IMG/VR virus record: IMGVR_UViG_3300033072_000208
Location: 7,536 to 71,535 of that record
DNA from: a virus
Taxonomy: Duplodnaviria; Caudoviricetes
Reading direction: 5' to 3' (one strand)
Length of the DNA stretch: 64,000 nucleotides
Position numbers and translations under genes: made by a program. A model generated the notes under the pieces. The model had not been told where the DNA came from, searched no databases, and was given only the letters and a program-made list of their open reading frames with translations. Below, in pieces: positions 55,659 through 64,000 of the stretch. The first letter of the stretch is position 1; each line of letters opens with the position of its first letter.

Positions 55659-56081
55659 GTGATTACATTCAGTTTTTACAGTGCTAAAGAGAAAGTCCCT
55701 TCTGTTAGTCAGGACATCATCTACATGAAACACGGAGGATCTTTTGCCTCTGAATGGTTTGAGCCTCGTCAATGCTCAGTGGAGGCACAGTGGATTCAGT
55801 TAGAAGACGGGGAATACACAGGTAATTCAGAATTCTACGATGTGGATGATCCAACCCCACCGGAGTCATTTGAGCAGGACGGTGTTTCTGTAACATACAG
55901 ACTGATGCTTACAGCAGACGGGTATGAGATTGATGACAATTTTCTATGGACTCCGCTGGAAGAATACTGGGCTGCTTTTGACAAACATGATAGTTTTAAT
56001 AAGTTACACGATACAGTTAAGAAGTTGGAAGATAAAGAAAAGGAATGTTCAGAACTAAAGGATGAGTATGAGAGGTCGTGA
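55659..56081 (+). CDS. hypothetical acidic protein
   Basis: ORF track. Confidence 0.55.
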   Translation: MITFSFYSAKEKVPSVSQDIIYMKHGGSFASEWFEPRQCSVEAQWIQLEDGEYTGNSEFYDVDDPTPPESFEQDGVSVTYRLMLTADGYEIDDNFLWTPLEEYWAAFDKHDSFNKLHDTVKKLEDKEKECSELKDEYERS

Positions 56082-56796
56082 TGTATTAGAGCCAGCATTC
56101 GAGCAATATGTGATTCCTAGGGATTTTAAGAAGTATCCAATCAAGAAAGGTGGTGTCTGTGGCGTTGCAACGAATGATGCAGACTACGTTACAGGTGTGA
56201 ACGAAAGACTACCTAATGGTAAGCAGAGACATGCGTGGAGGTGCCCTGCATATCTAGTTTGGTCGGGCGTCATAGCGCGTGGGTTTTCTTATAAAGAGAA
56301 ACTGAAAAACCCGGCATATAAAGATGTAACTGTATGCCCGGAATGGTTGTTATTCTCTAATTTCAGACGTTGGTGGGTTGAGAATAACGTAAGAGGGTGG
56401 CAGTTGGACAAGGACATCATAAATAAAGGAAACCTTGTATATTGCCCAGAGAGTTGTATTTATATTCCCGGATACATAAACAATCTGCTTACAGATTGTG
56501 CTGCTGCAAGGGGAGATTACCCATTAGGTGTTGATAAATACCGGAATAGATTTAGATCTCATGTGAATTGTGGTGAATGCCAAAAGTACCTCGGTTATTT
56601 CAACACCCCAGAACAAGCCCACAAGGCATGGCAGATCGGGAAGATTGAGGTCATTAAAGAGGCCATCGACAAATACACAGAAGAAGCCAATTCTTTAGGT
56701 GTCTTTGATGTTCGTGTTACCAGTGCTTTGACTGATCGTATCTCAATGTTGGAAGATGATGTTGCTAATGGACGAGAGACACTGATTCTTCATTGA
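56062..56796 (+). CDS. HNH homing endonuclease with an AP2-like C-terminus
   Basis: VTVCPEWLLFSNF..W; WQLDKDII..GNLVYCPESC; YLGYFNTPEQAH.AW. Confidence 0.78.
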   Translation: MSMRGRDVLEPAFEQYVIPRDFKKYPIKKGGVCGVATNDADYVTGVNERLPNGKQRHAWRCPAYLVWSGVIARGFSYKEKLKNPAYKDVTVCPEWLLFSNFRRWWVENNVRGWQLDKDIINKGNLVYCPESCIYIPGYINNLLTDCAAARGDYPLGVDKYRNRFRSHVNCGECQKYLGYFNTPEQAHKAWQIGKIEVIKEAIDKYTEEANSLGVFDVRVTSALTDRISMLEDDVANGRETLILH

Positions 56797-56827
56797 CACA
56801 TAATACAGTTATATTATAAGGAGAAGA

Positions 56828-57172
56828 ATGATGGGTATTAGCTATAATCCTATCCTATATCTTGGAAGGTCATTCGGGTCTGAGGAAGATGCTCTTGACT
56901 TCTATCAGAAGTATTTTAAACTCTCTGAAGAAGACCTACGAGATATTGAGTCAGACGGGTTTGAGGAGTGGGTGTATGGACATCCCTCCCTTTCCTTTAC
57001 ACGTACAAGTTATTACACAAACGATTGTGAATATATTCTAGGGTTCAATCTGAAGTCTTCCGTTCGCACACCAGATATATTCTCAGCGGCAGTGAATTTC
57101 AAGATACTAGAGTGGAAAGAGATGTTTGGTGATGAGCGTTATAGTATTATCCATGATGTTAGTGTTAGCTAA
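56828..57172 (+). CDS. hypothetical protein
   Basis: ORF track; RBS AAGGAG. Confidence 0.55.
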   Translation: MMGISYNPILYLGRSFGSEEDALDFYQKYFKLSEEDLRDIESDGFEEWVYGHPSLSFTRTSYYTNDCEYILGFNLKSSVRTPDIFSAAVNFKILEWKEMFGDERYSIIHDVSVS

Positions 57173-57183
57173 GGAGAACATAT

Positions 57184-57642
57184 ATGGGAAGTCATGCCGC
57201 AGATGCTGTGTGGGCATCTATGGAAGAAGAGATGTTCTTAGACGAGCACAGAGATTTTATTTATGAAGATGGGTGTGGGCGAACACCGCATCCTTATTTT
57301 GATAGTGGTTGTTTTGACTACGACTCTCTTGTTCAGGAAGAAAGACTCCTAAATCTTCAGCTACAGACTATGCCCAACGCTGTCTCAAGTGTTGTTGATG
57401 GGGGTCGTTTAAGAACACCACATAATTCTCCTAAGAAATATCTTCCCAAAATGCGCATGTTGTTTGGAATGGCCCAACAAGTCGCTATTAAGAATAGACC
57501 ACTATCTATTAAACAGAGGACTTGGATATCTACCAACTGGAAAGGTGGTGGTGATGTGTTCGAGAGGGATTTGAAATCACACGGACAAGCAATCTGCACT
57601 GCCTTGGGCAAGATTGTGTGTTTCTTAGAAAGATTGGAATAA
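57184..57642 (+). CDS. hypothetical protein
   Basis: ORF track; RBS AAGGAG. Confidence 0.55.
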   Translation: MGSHAADAVWASMEEEMFLDEHRDFIYEDGCGRTPHPYFDSGCFDYDSLVQEERLLNLQLQTMPNAVSSVVDGGRLRTPHNSPKKYLPKMRMLFGMAQQVAIKNRPLSIKQRTWISTNWKGGGDVFERDLKSHGQAICTALGKIVCFLERLE

Positions 57643-57652
57643 AGGAATTGAA

Positions 57653-57898
57653 ATGAAATGGAAAGCCAAGACTCCAGCAAATCCAAAGTTTGGAGATAAG
57701 ATTATTCAGAAGAAATTTGCATTCCTTCCTACACGAGTAGGAGAGCATTGGGTGTGGTTGGAGTCATATTATGAGGTGTATGTGTATAGGTGGTCTAGGA
57801 ATGGTATGTATGGAGAGTGGCGTATCACTGATCCTCACCCTACACGAGCCATGTCTGAAGAGACGCTGACGCATAAGTTAGACACAGGAGAGCAATAA
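57653..57898 (+). CDS. hypothetical phage protein
   Basis: KKFAFLPTRVGEHWVWLESY. Confidence 0.55.
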   Translation: MKWKAKTPANPKFGDKIIQKKFAFLPTRVGEHWVWLESYYEVYVYRWSRNGMYGEWRITDPHPTRAMSEETLTHKLDTGEQ

Positions 57899-58119
57899 TG
57901 TCTGTTCGTTTTGATGCCAATCTCGCCAATGCTCTTGTAAATGGAGTGCCCGTTCCTATTGATACTGTTTATTCGTTTTGTCAAGATGCTTATGACAGCT
58001 TTAACAAGCTCAATGAGACGACGCGGAAGCTAGACGAGAAAGAGAGGGAGATCACTAGGATTCTCTCTGAGAATGAAATGCTCAAGAATACATTGCTGGA
58101 GAAAGAGGGTAGTGTGTAA
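57898..58119 (+). CDS. hypothetical coiled-coil protein
   Basis: ORF track; RBS AGGAG. Confidence 0.55.
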   Translation: MSVRFDANLANALVNGVPVPIDTVYSFCQDAYDSFNKLNETTRKLDEKEREITRILSENEMLKNTLLEKEGSV

Positions 58120-58179
58120 TTGACACATAATATAGGAACGGCTCTAGTGGCTGTTCCTTTTATATTTAAGGAGAGAAAC

Positions 58180-58293
58180 ATGCACTACACAATTGAAGAT
58201 ATTACAGACGATGAAATCCAGAACATCCAAGATTTCAATGAAGCATTCTATTTTGATCTAGAATTTCCTGACCCCTATGACCAAATTAGTTGA
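58180..58293 (+). CDS. 37-aa acidic peptide
   Basis: MHYTIEDITDDEIQNIQDFNEAFYFDLEFPDPYDQIS; RBS AAGGAG. Confidence 0.45.
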   Translation: MHYTIEDITDDEIQNIQDFNEAFYFDLEFPDPYDQIS

Positions 58294-58963
58294 AGTGTTA
58301 GATTCTCTTCCCGGAGCGGGGAAGACAGTCACTACCATCAAATACATGTCTGAACACCAAGAGATGTTTGAGTGGTATGCAAACCGTAATTGCCTTAGCA
58401 CAAAGAAAACTCCATACACCAAAGAGTATGAAGATAAAGAAGTTGCAACCCTATACCGTTGGTGGTGTTTAGCTGCAAATGGTACACAACAGAAAGATAA
58501 TTTTGATAAGTTGGAGCATGTGGCCAAGTCAGTTGTAATCTCTGAAGATGATCTTTACAAAGAGATCATGTCTGAAATTACCACAATGATTGATAAAACA
58601 GACTGGTCTAATGAGTTGGCTATTCTTGGTACGGATGATTTCAACAGAGTTATTAGACGACGCCTCCCCGGTATTGAAAAAGCACTACACAACATATCGG
58701 AAACATGCGGATTAAAATGCTTCTTTAGTGGCGTTGGTGAGTGGAGGAACAAAAGGTATCGTAAAGTGATTCGCGATGCTTTGAACAAACTACCAGATAA
58801 GCATCCGTATTTTCACATTGACGAACCAATTGAGTATTTGCATATTGCCAACAAGATTGAATCCTTTATTGACACCCTATTCCAACCAACTTACAAAGGG
58901 AAGATGTTCTCTGACAGCTTCAATGAAAAGCTGATTACAAAATATGGAGGATTGGATGGCTGA
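58277..58963 (+). CDS. hypothetical protein with an orphan N-terminal Walker A motif
   Basis: VEVLDSLPGAGKT but no Walker B or other helicase motifs. Confidence 0.55.
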   Translation: MTKLVEVLDSLPGAGKTVTTIKYMSEHQEMFEWYANRNCLSTKKTPYTKEYEDKEVATLYRWWCLAANGTQQKDNFDKLEHVAKSVVISEDDLYKEIMSEITTMIDKTDWSNELAILGTDDFNRVIRRRLPGIEKALHNISETCGLKCFFSGVGEWRNKRYRKVIRDALNKLPDKHPYFHIDEPIEYLHIANKIESFIDTLFQPTYKGKMFSDSFNEKLITKYGGLDG

Positions 58964-59657
58964 TGAGAGCTACACAGAACTACTAACAAAAGTGTTTGAA
59001 ATGGTGAGGGAGCAACACGACGGAGATGTTGTTGCTGTTCGATCTGCTCTAGTAGCAGCTAACAAAGCCGTGATGAAAGAGCTTGGAAAGACGGCAGAGA
59101 AGGTTGTTGATGTGTTGGAATATGAGCAATATATTCTTCTTCTTGTTGATTCATATATCAGAAAAGGGCTAGATGTTATGCCAAACACACCACCATCTTT
59201 GCAAGGTAAGGAGAGATTAAAAAAACATAAGGACATTATAGAAGCAGCACTCTCTGATGTCGGTATTACATCAACAAAGGAAGCGGATGATCCCTTGATG
59301 AAGTGTGTAATCTCCTATCTCACAAAGGCAGACGATATTGCCTCTCTACGAGCAGCACTAAGACTGTGGAGAGCAGCACAACTAACCTATGTCAAGATGG
59401 AGTCTGTAAAGGAAGAGAATAAACTAATATGTGACAGCATGGAACAGGTGTGCTCTGAGTTAGAATCCCTAAAAAAGCAACGAGAGACAGAGAACTGGGT
59501 TATCCGCTACATCGAGAATGATGACAAGAACCTAGCACTAGCAATAGAGGCACACAGACTGTTCAAACAAGGAATGGGTAGGAGGATGATAGCCAAAGAG
59601 GTTGGTATTCCAGAGAGGAAGGTAAGGGCACTACTTGCAGACTACGAGTTTGAATAA
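58944..59657 (+). CDS. putative DNA-binding protein with a C-terminal HTH
   Basis: AHRLFKQGMGRRMIAKEVGIPERKVRALL. Confidence 0.65.
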   Translation: MEDWMADESYTELLTKVFEMVREQHDGDVVAVRSALVAANKAVMKELGKTAEKVVDVLEYEQYILLLVDSYIRKGLDVMPNTPPSLQGKERLKKHKDIIEAALSDVGITSTKEADDPLMKCVISYLTKADDIASLRAALRLWRAAQLTYVKMESVKEENKLICDSMEQVCSELESLKKQRETENWVIRYIENDDKNLALAIEAHRLFKQGMGRRMIAKEVGIPERKVRALLADYEFE

Positions 59658-59680
59658 CATAACACACTGATGTTCTAGGC

Positions 59681-59859
59681 GGGACAAAAAGCGTCCCACT
59701 TGAGGGTTATTTTAGAAAATCCGTTTATAACAAAGAGGGGAGTGTGATATAAAAGGTATTCGTATGGTCTGTATCTACTAATCGCCCAAATGTCTAGTCT
59801 AGTGGGGTGGGACAAAAAGCGTCCCAGTTTTGATGTTTTTAGGAAAATCCGTTTATAAC
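59681..59859. repeat. two 51-bp imperfect direct repeats with the palindrome GGGAC-AAAAAGC-GTCCC
   Basis: Copies at 59681-59731 and 59809-59859 share GGGACAAAAAGCGTCCCA and AAAATCCGTTTATAAC. Confidence 0.8.
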
Positions 59860-60959
59860 GAACATAGGGGTAATTGAATTCTGCTGTATCCTGTGTAATA
59901 TGATGCTTATAATAGAAGCTCTCCCTCTCAGGAAGGAGGGCTTTATTTTTATAAAAACACACCTTTTCTTTGAAAAACACACCCCTAATTTTTAGACACC
60001 TGTGTCATCGAACATTCATAATTCTCCCCATAGAAATATATCAGTGTTATTCACTCCGTTCATATGTGTTATTCGCTTTGCTCATACGTGTGATTTAACA
60101 CCATCGATGTGCGGAGCACAAGGAGGGAGACACATTGGAAGATGCCGGATTTATTTCTGATAATTCCCGTATTTATGTCTGAGGGTCTTGACACACCTAC
60201 CACACTCCAACCCATAAGTCAAGTAAAATAAAAATATCCACACATAAAAAGAATGAATGATGTGTATATACATACACCTCTTGACAACCAAGTCTAAGTG
60301 TGATCATCGAAGCATTCGATGAATGTAAGCATATTTCGTGCCAGCACGAAAGAACATTAGATAATGATGATGTTAATGTTAGCATAGGCTAATGTATGCA
60401 AGGGCATATTGTGTTATTTGTATTTCATTGTGCAATGATGGCGAATAAATAATCTAATAAGCCATCTGGTATTTAATAGAATGCTTATTGTGTGAATCAA
60501 TACCCTGTATCTTGTATCTGGTAATGCAATAAAAACTAGAAAGCCACTATATATAGTAGTGTGAGTCTTTATGCTTCGCATATATAGTGCCCTTGTTGGA
60601 TGTAGGGATTGTGTATGGATATACACGTATGTACGAAATGAGGTGCTTAACACAACCAGACGACAGCTAACACAGTCCCTGCACCAATATAAGCATTTTC
60701 TTCTATTGATTTTAAGGCCCTTTACAGGCCCTTAGAGCCGATTGTATAGGTCCAGACTACCCTACCCTTCCCGAGCATGTTTTACCCGCTTATACGTCGT
60801 TTAATGACCTGCAATGATGTGTTCTCTCATTGTTATACGAGTGCTTTCCGTGCTGCGCACGATTGTTTCTGCCATAGGCTTGCACCTAGAAGCATTAGAC
60901 TATTAATAACTACTGATATTAGGGATAAAAGAAAGGACGGAGTAATCCGGCCTGGCGGG

Positions 60960-61310
60960 TTATTTGTAGCAGGCTTGTCCTGCTTCGCTTTGCCATTGGG
61001 AGGGAAACAAATTAATTCCGTTCTCTCGGGCAATGTTAATCAATATCTTTGTTGCGCCGTTATTCCGATATTCTGGTTTGGTGTAGCGGTATTGTATTTC
61101 TGCTTTCTTGCCTTTACATGGAAAAGAAATAACGCCTGCAATTGTTTCATTGTTGATTGTGCCGATAATGCGGTAACGGCCGAAGGCATCACGGAAAGCA
61201 TGGCATAACATGGGGCCGATACGCTTTGAGAAAATCAGTGTTTCATTTCCCGTCATATTGGATTGGTTCATAGGTTTCAGGATTGAAGCATCCCAGTCAA
61301 TAGCGTGCAT
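60960..61310 (-). CDS. GNAT-like acetyltransferase
   Basis: YTKPEYRNNGATKIL resembles acetyl-CoA-binding motif A. Confidence 0.55.
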   Translation of the reverse strand: MHAIDWDASILKPMNQSNMTGNETLIFSKRIGPMLCHAFRDAFGRYRIIGTINNETIAGVISFPCKGKKAEIQYRYTKPEYRNNGATKILINIARENGINLFPSQWQSEAGQACYK

Positions 61311-61313
61311 TAT

Positions 61314-61571
61314 TCAATCTCCCGTAAGACTCAATTGATTATCGCGCATTGCTTTATATAGCATTCCGCGTTTTGTCTTGAGAGAATGCACGGCGCGTTC
61401 TGTTTGCACAATGCTCCGCATTAGATCCTGCTCTTGGTGCATTGTTGATCGACCGTTATAAATTCGATCAACCTCAAGATTACGTAATTGCACGGCAAAG
61501 CGATATTTCCGCGCTTCTAGAATTTTGATTGTCTCTGTAATACACTGGACAATTTCCATGTTGGCTAACAT
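61314..61571 (-). CDS. hypothetical coiled-coil protein
   Basis: Start reassigned to MLANME. Confidence 0.5.
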   Translation of the reverse strand: MLANMEIVQCITETIKILEARKYRFAVQLRNLEVDRIYNGRSTMHQEQDLMRSIVQTERAVHSLKTKRGMLYKAMRDNQLSLTGD

Positions 61572-61675
61572 TGTCTTATTCCCTATTGAAAATAGCGTGA
61601 GTGAAACAGACCAGCATGATAAAAGACATAACCACAATGTAAGCGATAAAAAGATATTTCACGATATGACCCTTG

Positions 61676-62599
61676 TTAATGCACAGCAATTCCAATTGTA
61701 ATACCCTTAAATTTCATACTGCCGCAAGCATGGCCGCTACTTGTGCAAGTGTTGCATTGTCCGGGACAAGCGAAAGCCGTTTTGACGTTGTGCATGGCCT
61801 TTGTGGCCGATTGAACGTGTTTCCTATGCTCTGCATTGCCGTGATCAATTGATCGGCCAGAACGGGCCACAGGCACTGCCACAAAAGCACCTCGGGTGAT
61901 AGGCAAGGCTTCAATAGCCTTTACCGTGCTTTCATTGTGATTGTGTCCGCCTGATACGTTCAAAACGTAATTGCTGGCGAACGATGCTCCGGACTTTGCA
62001 TAAGCCAGAATTTCAGCGAACGATTTACTGTATCCGTATGCTTTGATCGTCGGGCGCTCCGCCAAAATACCCTGCCACAAAGCAAAATCAGAGACTGAGC
62101 TAAAATCCCCATCAACATACAAGCGCAACGTAAATCCTTCGGAAAACTTCTTTTTCCGCATCAAAGCATTAAGCGCAGCAACGATCAATTGCGGCTTGAA
62201 TCGAAGAATATAAGCATTCATCGCTTGCCGACCGAAAGCCACAGGTGTGCGCCATGCTTTGAACGAATAGCAGAATTGAAGGCACTCACCAGCGCCAGGA
62301 CAAGTAACGCCCGGTAGGCTGCTAAAGGCAACGAAAGAGGGAAGTTTAGAATTGCCTTTTTCTGCAAAGATAGAAAACGGTGCTTTCCCACCTTCTGCAA
62401 TAAAAGAATAGAGCCTTCCGAGAGTGCGAGCATAATTAGACGCATGCGTTTTTTTACCTTGTGCAATACGCCGTTTTTCAAAATAACGCATTGCGGCATC
62501 AAGACTCAGAAGAATAGATTCTTTGCTATCGAACTGAATCGAATGCGCAACATCGCGCAGCACGTCAAAAGGCAGCATGATTTGGGCGAATTGTTGCAT
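61676..62599 (-). CDS. GP88-like Cys-rich (Fe-S/radical-SAM-like) protein
   Basis: FSSLPGVTCPGAGECLQFCY; RLYVDGDF; YGYSK; CPGQCNTC...AC; start reassigned to MQQFAQ. Confidence 0.65.
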   Translation of the reverse strand: MQQFAQIMLPFDVLRDVAHSIQFDSKESILLSLDAAMRYFEKRRIAQGKKTHASNYARTLGRLYSFIAEGGKAPFSIFAEKGNSKLPSFVAFSSLPGVTCPGAGECLQFCYSFKAWRTPVAFGRQAMNAYILRFKPQLIVAALNALMRKKKFSEGFTLRLYVDGDFSSVSDFALWQGILAERPTIKAYGYSKSFAEILAYAKSGASFASNYVLNVSGGHNHNESTVKAIEALPITRGAFVAVPVARSGRSIDHGNAEHRKHVQSATKAMHNVKTAFACPGQCNTCTSSGHACGSMKFKGITIGIAVH

Positions 62600-62621
62600 T
62601 GTGTAACCCCTATACAGTGAG

Positions 62622-62828
62622 TTAAGAAAAAGCAAAATGCGGAATAAATTCAATACTATAAATCCGATTAGACTTCGAATAAATCAATTCTCGCCGGTCG
62701 TAAATGCTCCACAATTTATGGCGGTAACGGGTGGCAATGCGCTGTGCAATTGCGTGAGTCTTGTAACCCTTAGGATTACCGAAAATCTCATTGTTGGCGT
62801 CGTAAATATAGAACACGATATACCTCAT
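62622..62828 (-). CDS. hypothetical protein
   Basis: ORF track. Confidence 0.5.
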   Translation of the reverse strand: MRYIVFYIYDANNEIFGNPKGYKTHAIAQRIATRYRHKLWSIYDRRELIYSKSNRIYSIEFIPHFAFS

Positions 62829-62894
62829 TTATTGAACACTACGGGAAACTTTCTTACGCAATACCGCTATATTTCAAACGGTATTGATTAAGAA

Positions 62895-63167
62895 TCAGAT
62901 AACGCCACCAATCAAGTATTCTTTGCCGGATGCTGCGATACGAAAAACCGTATCAAGGTTTATCGTGCGGTAGCCTTTGTCTTTCACCGAATAGATAATG
63001 AGGAATTCATCCTTTCGCGTATTAGGATTATCCCCGCCTTTCAAATAACGTTTGACGTGGAGTCTCCCGTTTATAGTGCGCGGCGTGCCATCCTTTTTCA
63101 GGAAGCTGACGGAAATAAACTTGTTGCCGGCAATTCGGGCAATTTCAGATTTGGAAATAATAATCAT
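62895..63167 (-). CDS. small SH3/WYL-like fold protein
   Basis: FISVSFLKKDGT.RT..G...YSVKDKGYRTI. Confidence 0.6.
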   Translation of the reverse strand: MIIISKSEIARIAGNKFISVSFLKKDGTPRTINGRLHVKRYLKGGDNPNTRKDEFLIIYSVKDKGYRTINLDTVFRIAASGKEYLIGGVI

Positions 63168-63201
63168 GATAAACCCCTAAATTAGATTAAAAACCAAAAG
63201 A

Positions 63202-63435
63202 TTAAAAAACCAGCCCCATTAGCACCAATTGTTCCGCACCATACACTTTTGCAGAGCCGCACGATTCGCAAGTATATCGGCGCGCATCCGGCTCGACGCC
63301 CGATTGTGTTTTGCCACACGTAAGACAAAACCCTTCGTAATTCTTGGATAGAACCATTGCATGTTCAATGCTAGGCTTCCATTGTTTCTTGCCAGAACGT
63401 GCAACGTATTGCATTTTACGGGACTTGCGAACCAT
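63202..63435 (-). CDS. small zinc-finger protein
   Basis: GFCLTCG...GVEPDA..YTCESCG...VYG. Confidence 0.65.
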   Translation of the reverse strand: MVRKSRKMQYVARSGKKQWKPSIEHAMVLSKNYEGFCLTCGKTQSGVEPDARRYTCESCGSAKVYGAEQLVLMGLVF

Positions 63436-63448
63436 GATAAACCCCTAA

Positions 63449-63649
63449 TTAAAGATCAGCGGAAAGAAAAGATTTAAACATATGACGTGCAGTACCAATA
63501 GCATCCTCTTTATCATCCGTATAATACTTTGCATCGCGGTTTTCCGTGCCGTTACAGAATTGACGCACAACATATTCCTGATAAACAGAATCATATTCTA
63601 CGGAAACATCAACATCGCCAGCACGGAAATTCTTGAAAATAATAATCAT
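63449..63649 (-). CDS. hypothetical protein
   Basis: Start reassigned to MIIIFK with the shared leader; YYTDDKEDAIGTA. Confidence 0.6.
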   Translation of the reverse strand: MIIIFKNFRAGDVDVSVEYDSVYQEYVVRQFCNGTENRDAKYYTDDKEDAIGTARHMFKSFLSADL

Positions 63650-63663
63650 GATAAACCCCCCTA

Positions 63664-63759
63664 TTAGAACGAAAAGGCGATAAAGGCGAAAAGCCAGAGC
63701 ATAGCAGCAAAGAATGCTGCGCCACAAGCCATGAAAACCACATCAAAGAAGTGCGCCAT
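63664..63759 (-). CDS. 31-aa single-TM peptide
   Basis: Hand translation MAHFFDVVFMACGAAFFAAMLWLFAFIAFSF. Confidence 0.45.
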   Translation of the reverse strand: MAHFFDVVFMACGAAFFAAMLWLFAFIAFSF

Positions 63760-63894
63760 TTCGGTTGCCCCGTTGCGTTGTGTTTCGATGTGCTCATTCT
63801 ACGCAACGTAATAGGCGTGTCAATAGAATGATCATTCTATAATTGTAACAATGGTGAGTATGAGCGATCACGCCCTATATAAGCAAACCCTAAT

Positions 63895-64000
63895 ACTACC
63901 AGGGCGAGGCGGAGCCTCGGGCAACTACCAGGGCGAGGCGGAGCCTCGGGCAACTACCAGGGCGAGGCGGAGCCTCGGGCAACTACCAGGGCGAGGCGGA
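63895..64000. repeat. 29-bp perfect tandem repeat (>=3.6 copies, runs off the window)
   Basis: Unit ACTACCAGGGCGAGGCGGAGCCTCGGGCA with an internal CGAGGC-GGA-GCCTCG hairpin. Confidence 0.92.

Noticed and set aside
59675-59980. 101-aa - strand ORF
   Set aside because: Its internal similarity merely reflects the DNA direct repeats; no RBS.
63895-64000. CRISPR array
   Set aside because: The 29-bp units are head-to-tail with no spacers, and there are no cas genes.
1-64000. Prophage/integration module, DGR, retron or bacterial flanking DNA
   Set aside because: No integrase, repressor, reverse transcriptase or host housekeeping genes are recognisable; such genes could lie outside the window.

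Overview
The whole window is part of a tailed dsDNA phage genome, probably a lytic siphovirus (long tape measure, tail tube, no sheath, no integrase or repressor seen). It is open at both edges. Layout: 1-16.8 kb (- strand) replication and nucleotide/RNA metabolism (RNA ligase, phosphoesterase, exonuclease, SSB, family A DNA polymerase, primase-helicase) plus a tRNA array at 8.4-11.1 kb; 16.9-17.6 kb a lone + strand unit; 17.6-47.3 kb (- strand) lysis, tail, head and packaging genes, with a visibly GC-rich fibre/protease cassette between the putative small terminase and terL; 47.6-59.7 kb (+ strand) PhoH, ClpP-like, deaminase, ligase, wall hydrolase, kinase-like, nucleotidyltransferase and many small ORFs; 59.7-64 kb repeats, AT-rich DNA and - strand early-type genes, ending in a 29-bp tandem repeat. 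Best leads: (1) a CAU-anticodon tRNA gene split in its variable loop by a bare endonuclease ORF, in a phage that encodes its own RNA ligase; (2) a subtilase module apparently inserted into an Fn3 domain of a fibre gene, giving a protease-fibre fusion; (3) a phage-encoded PEP-CTERM protein; (4) three unexplained structured RNA candidates. All calls come from reading motifs by eye; no database search or folding program was run.
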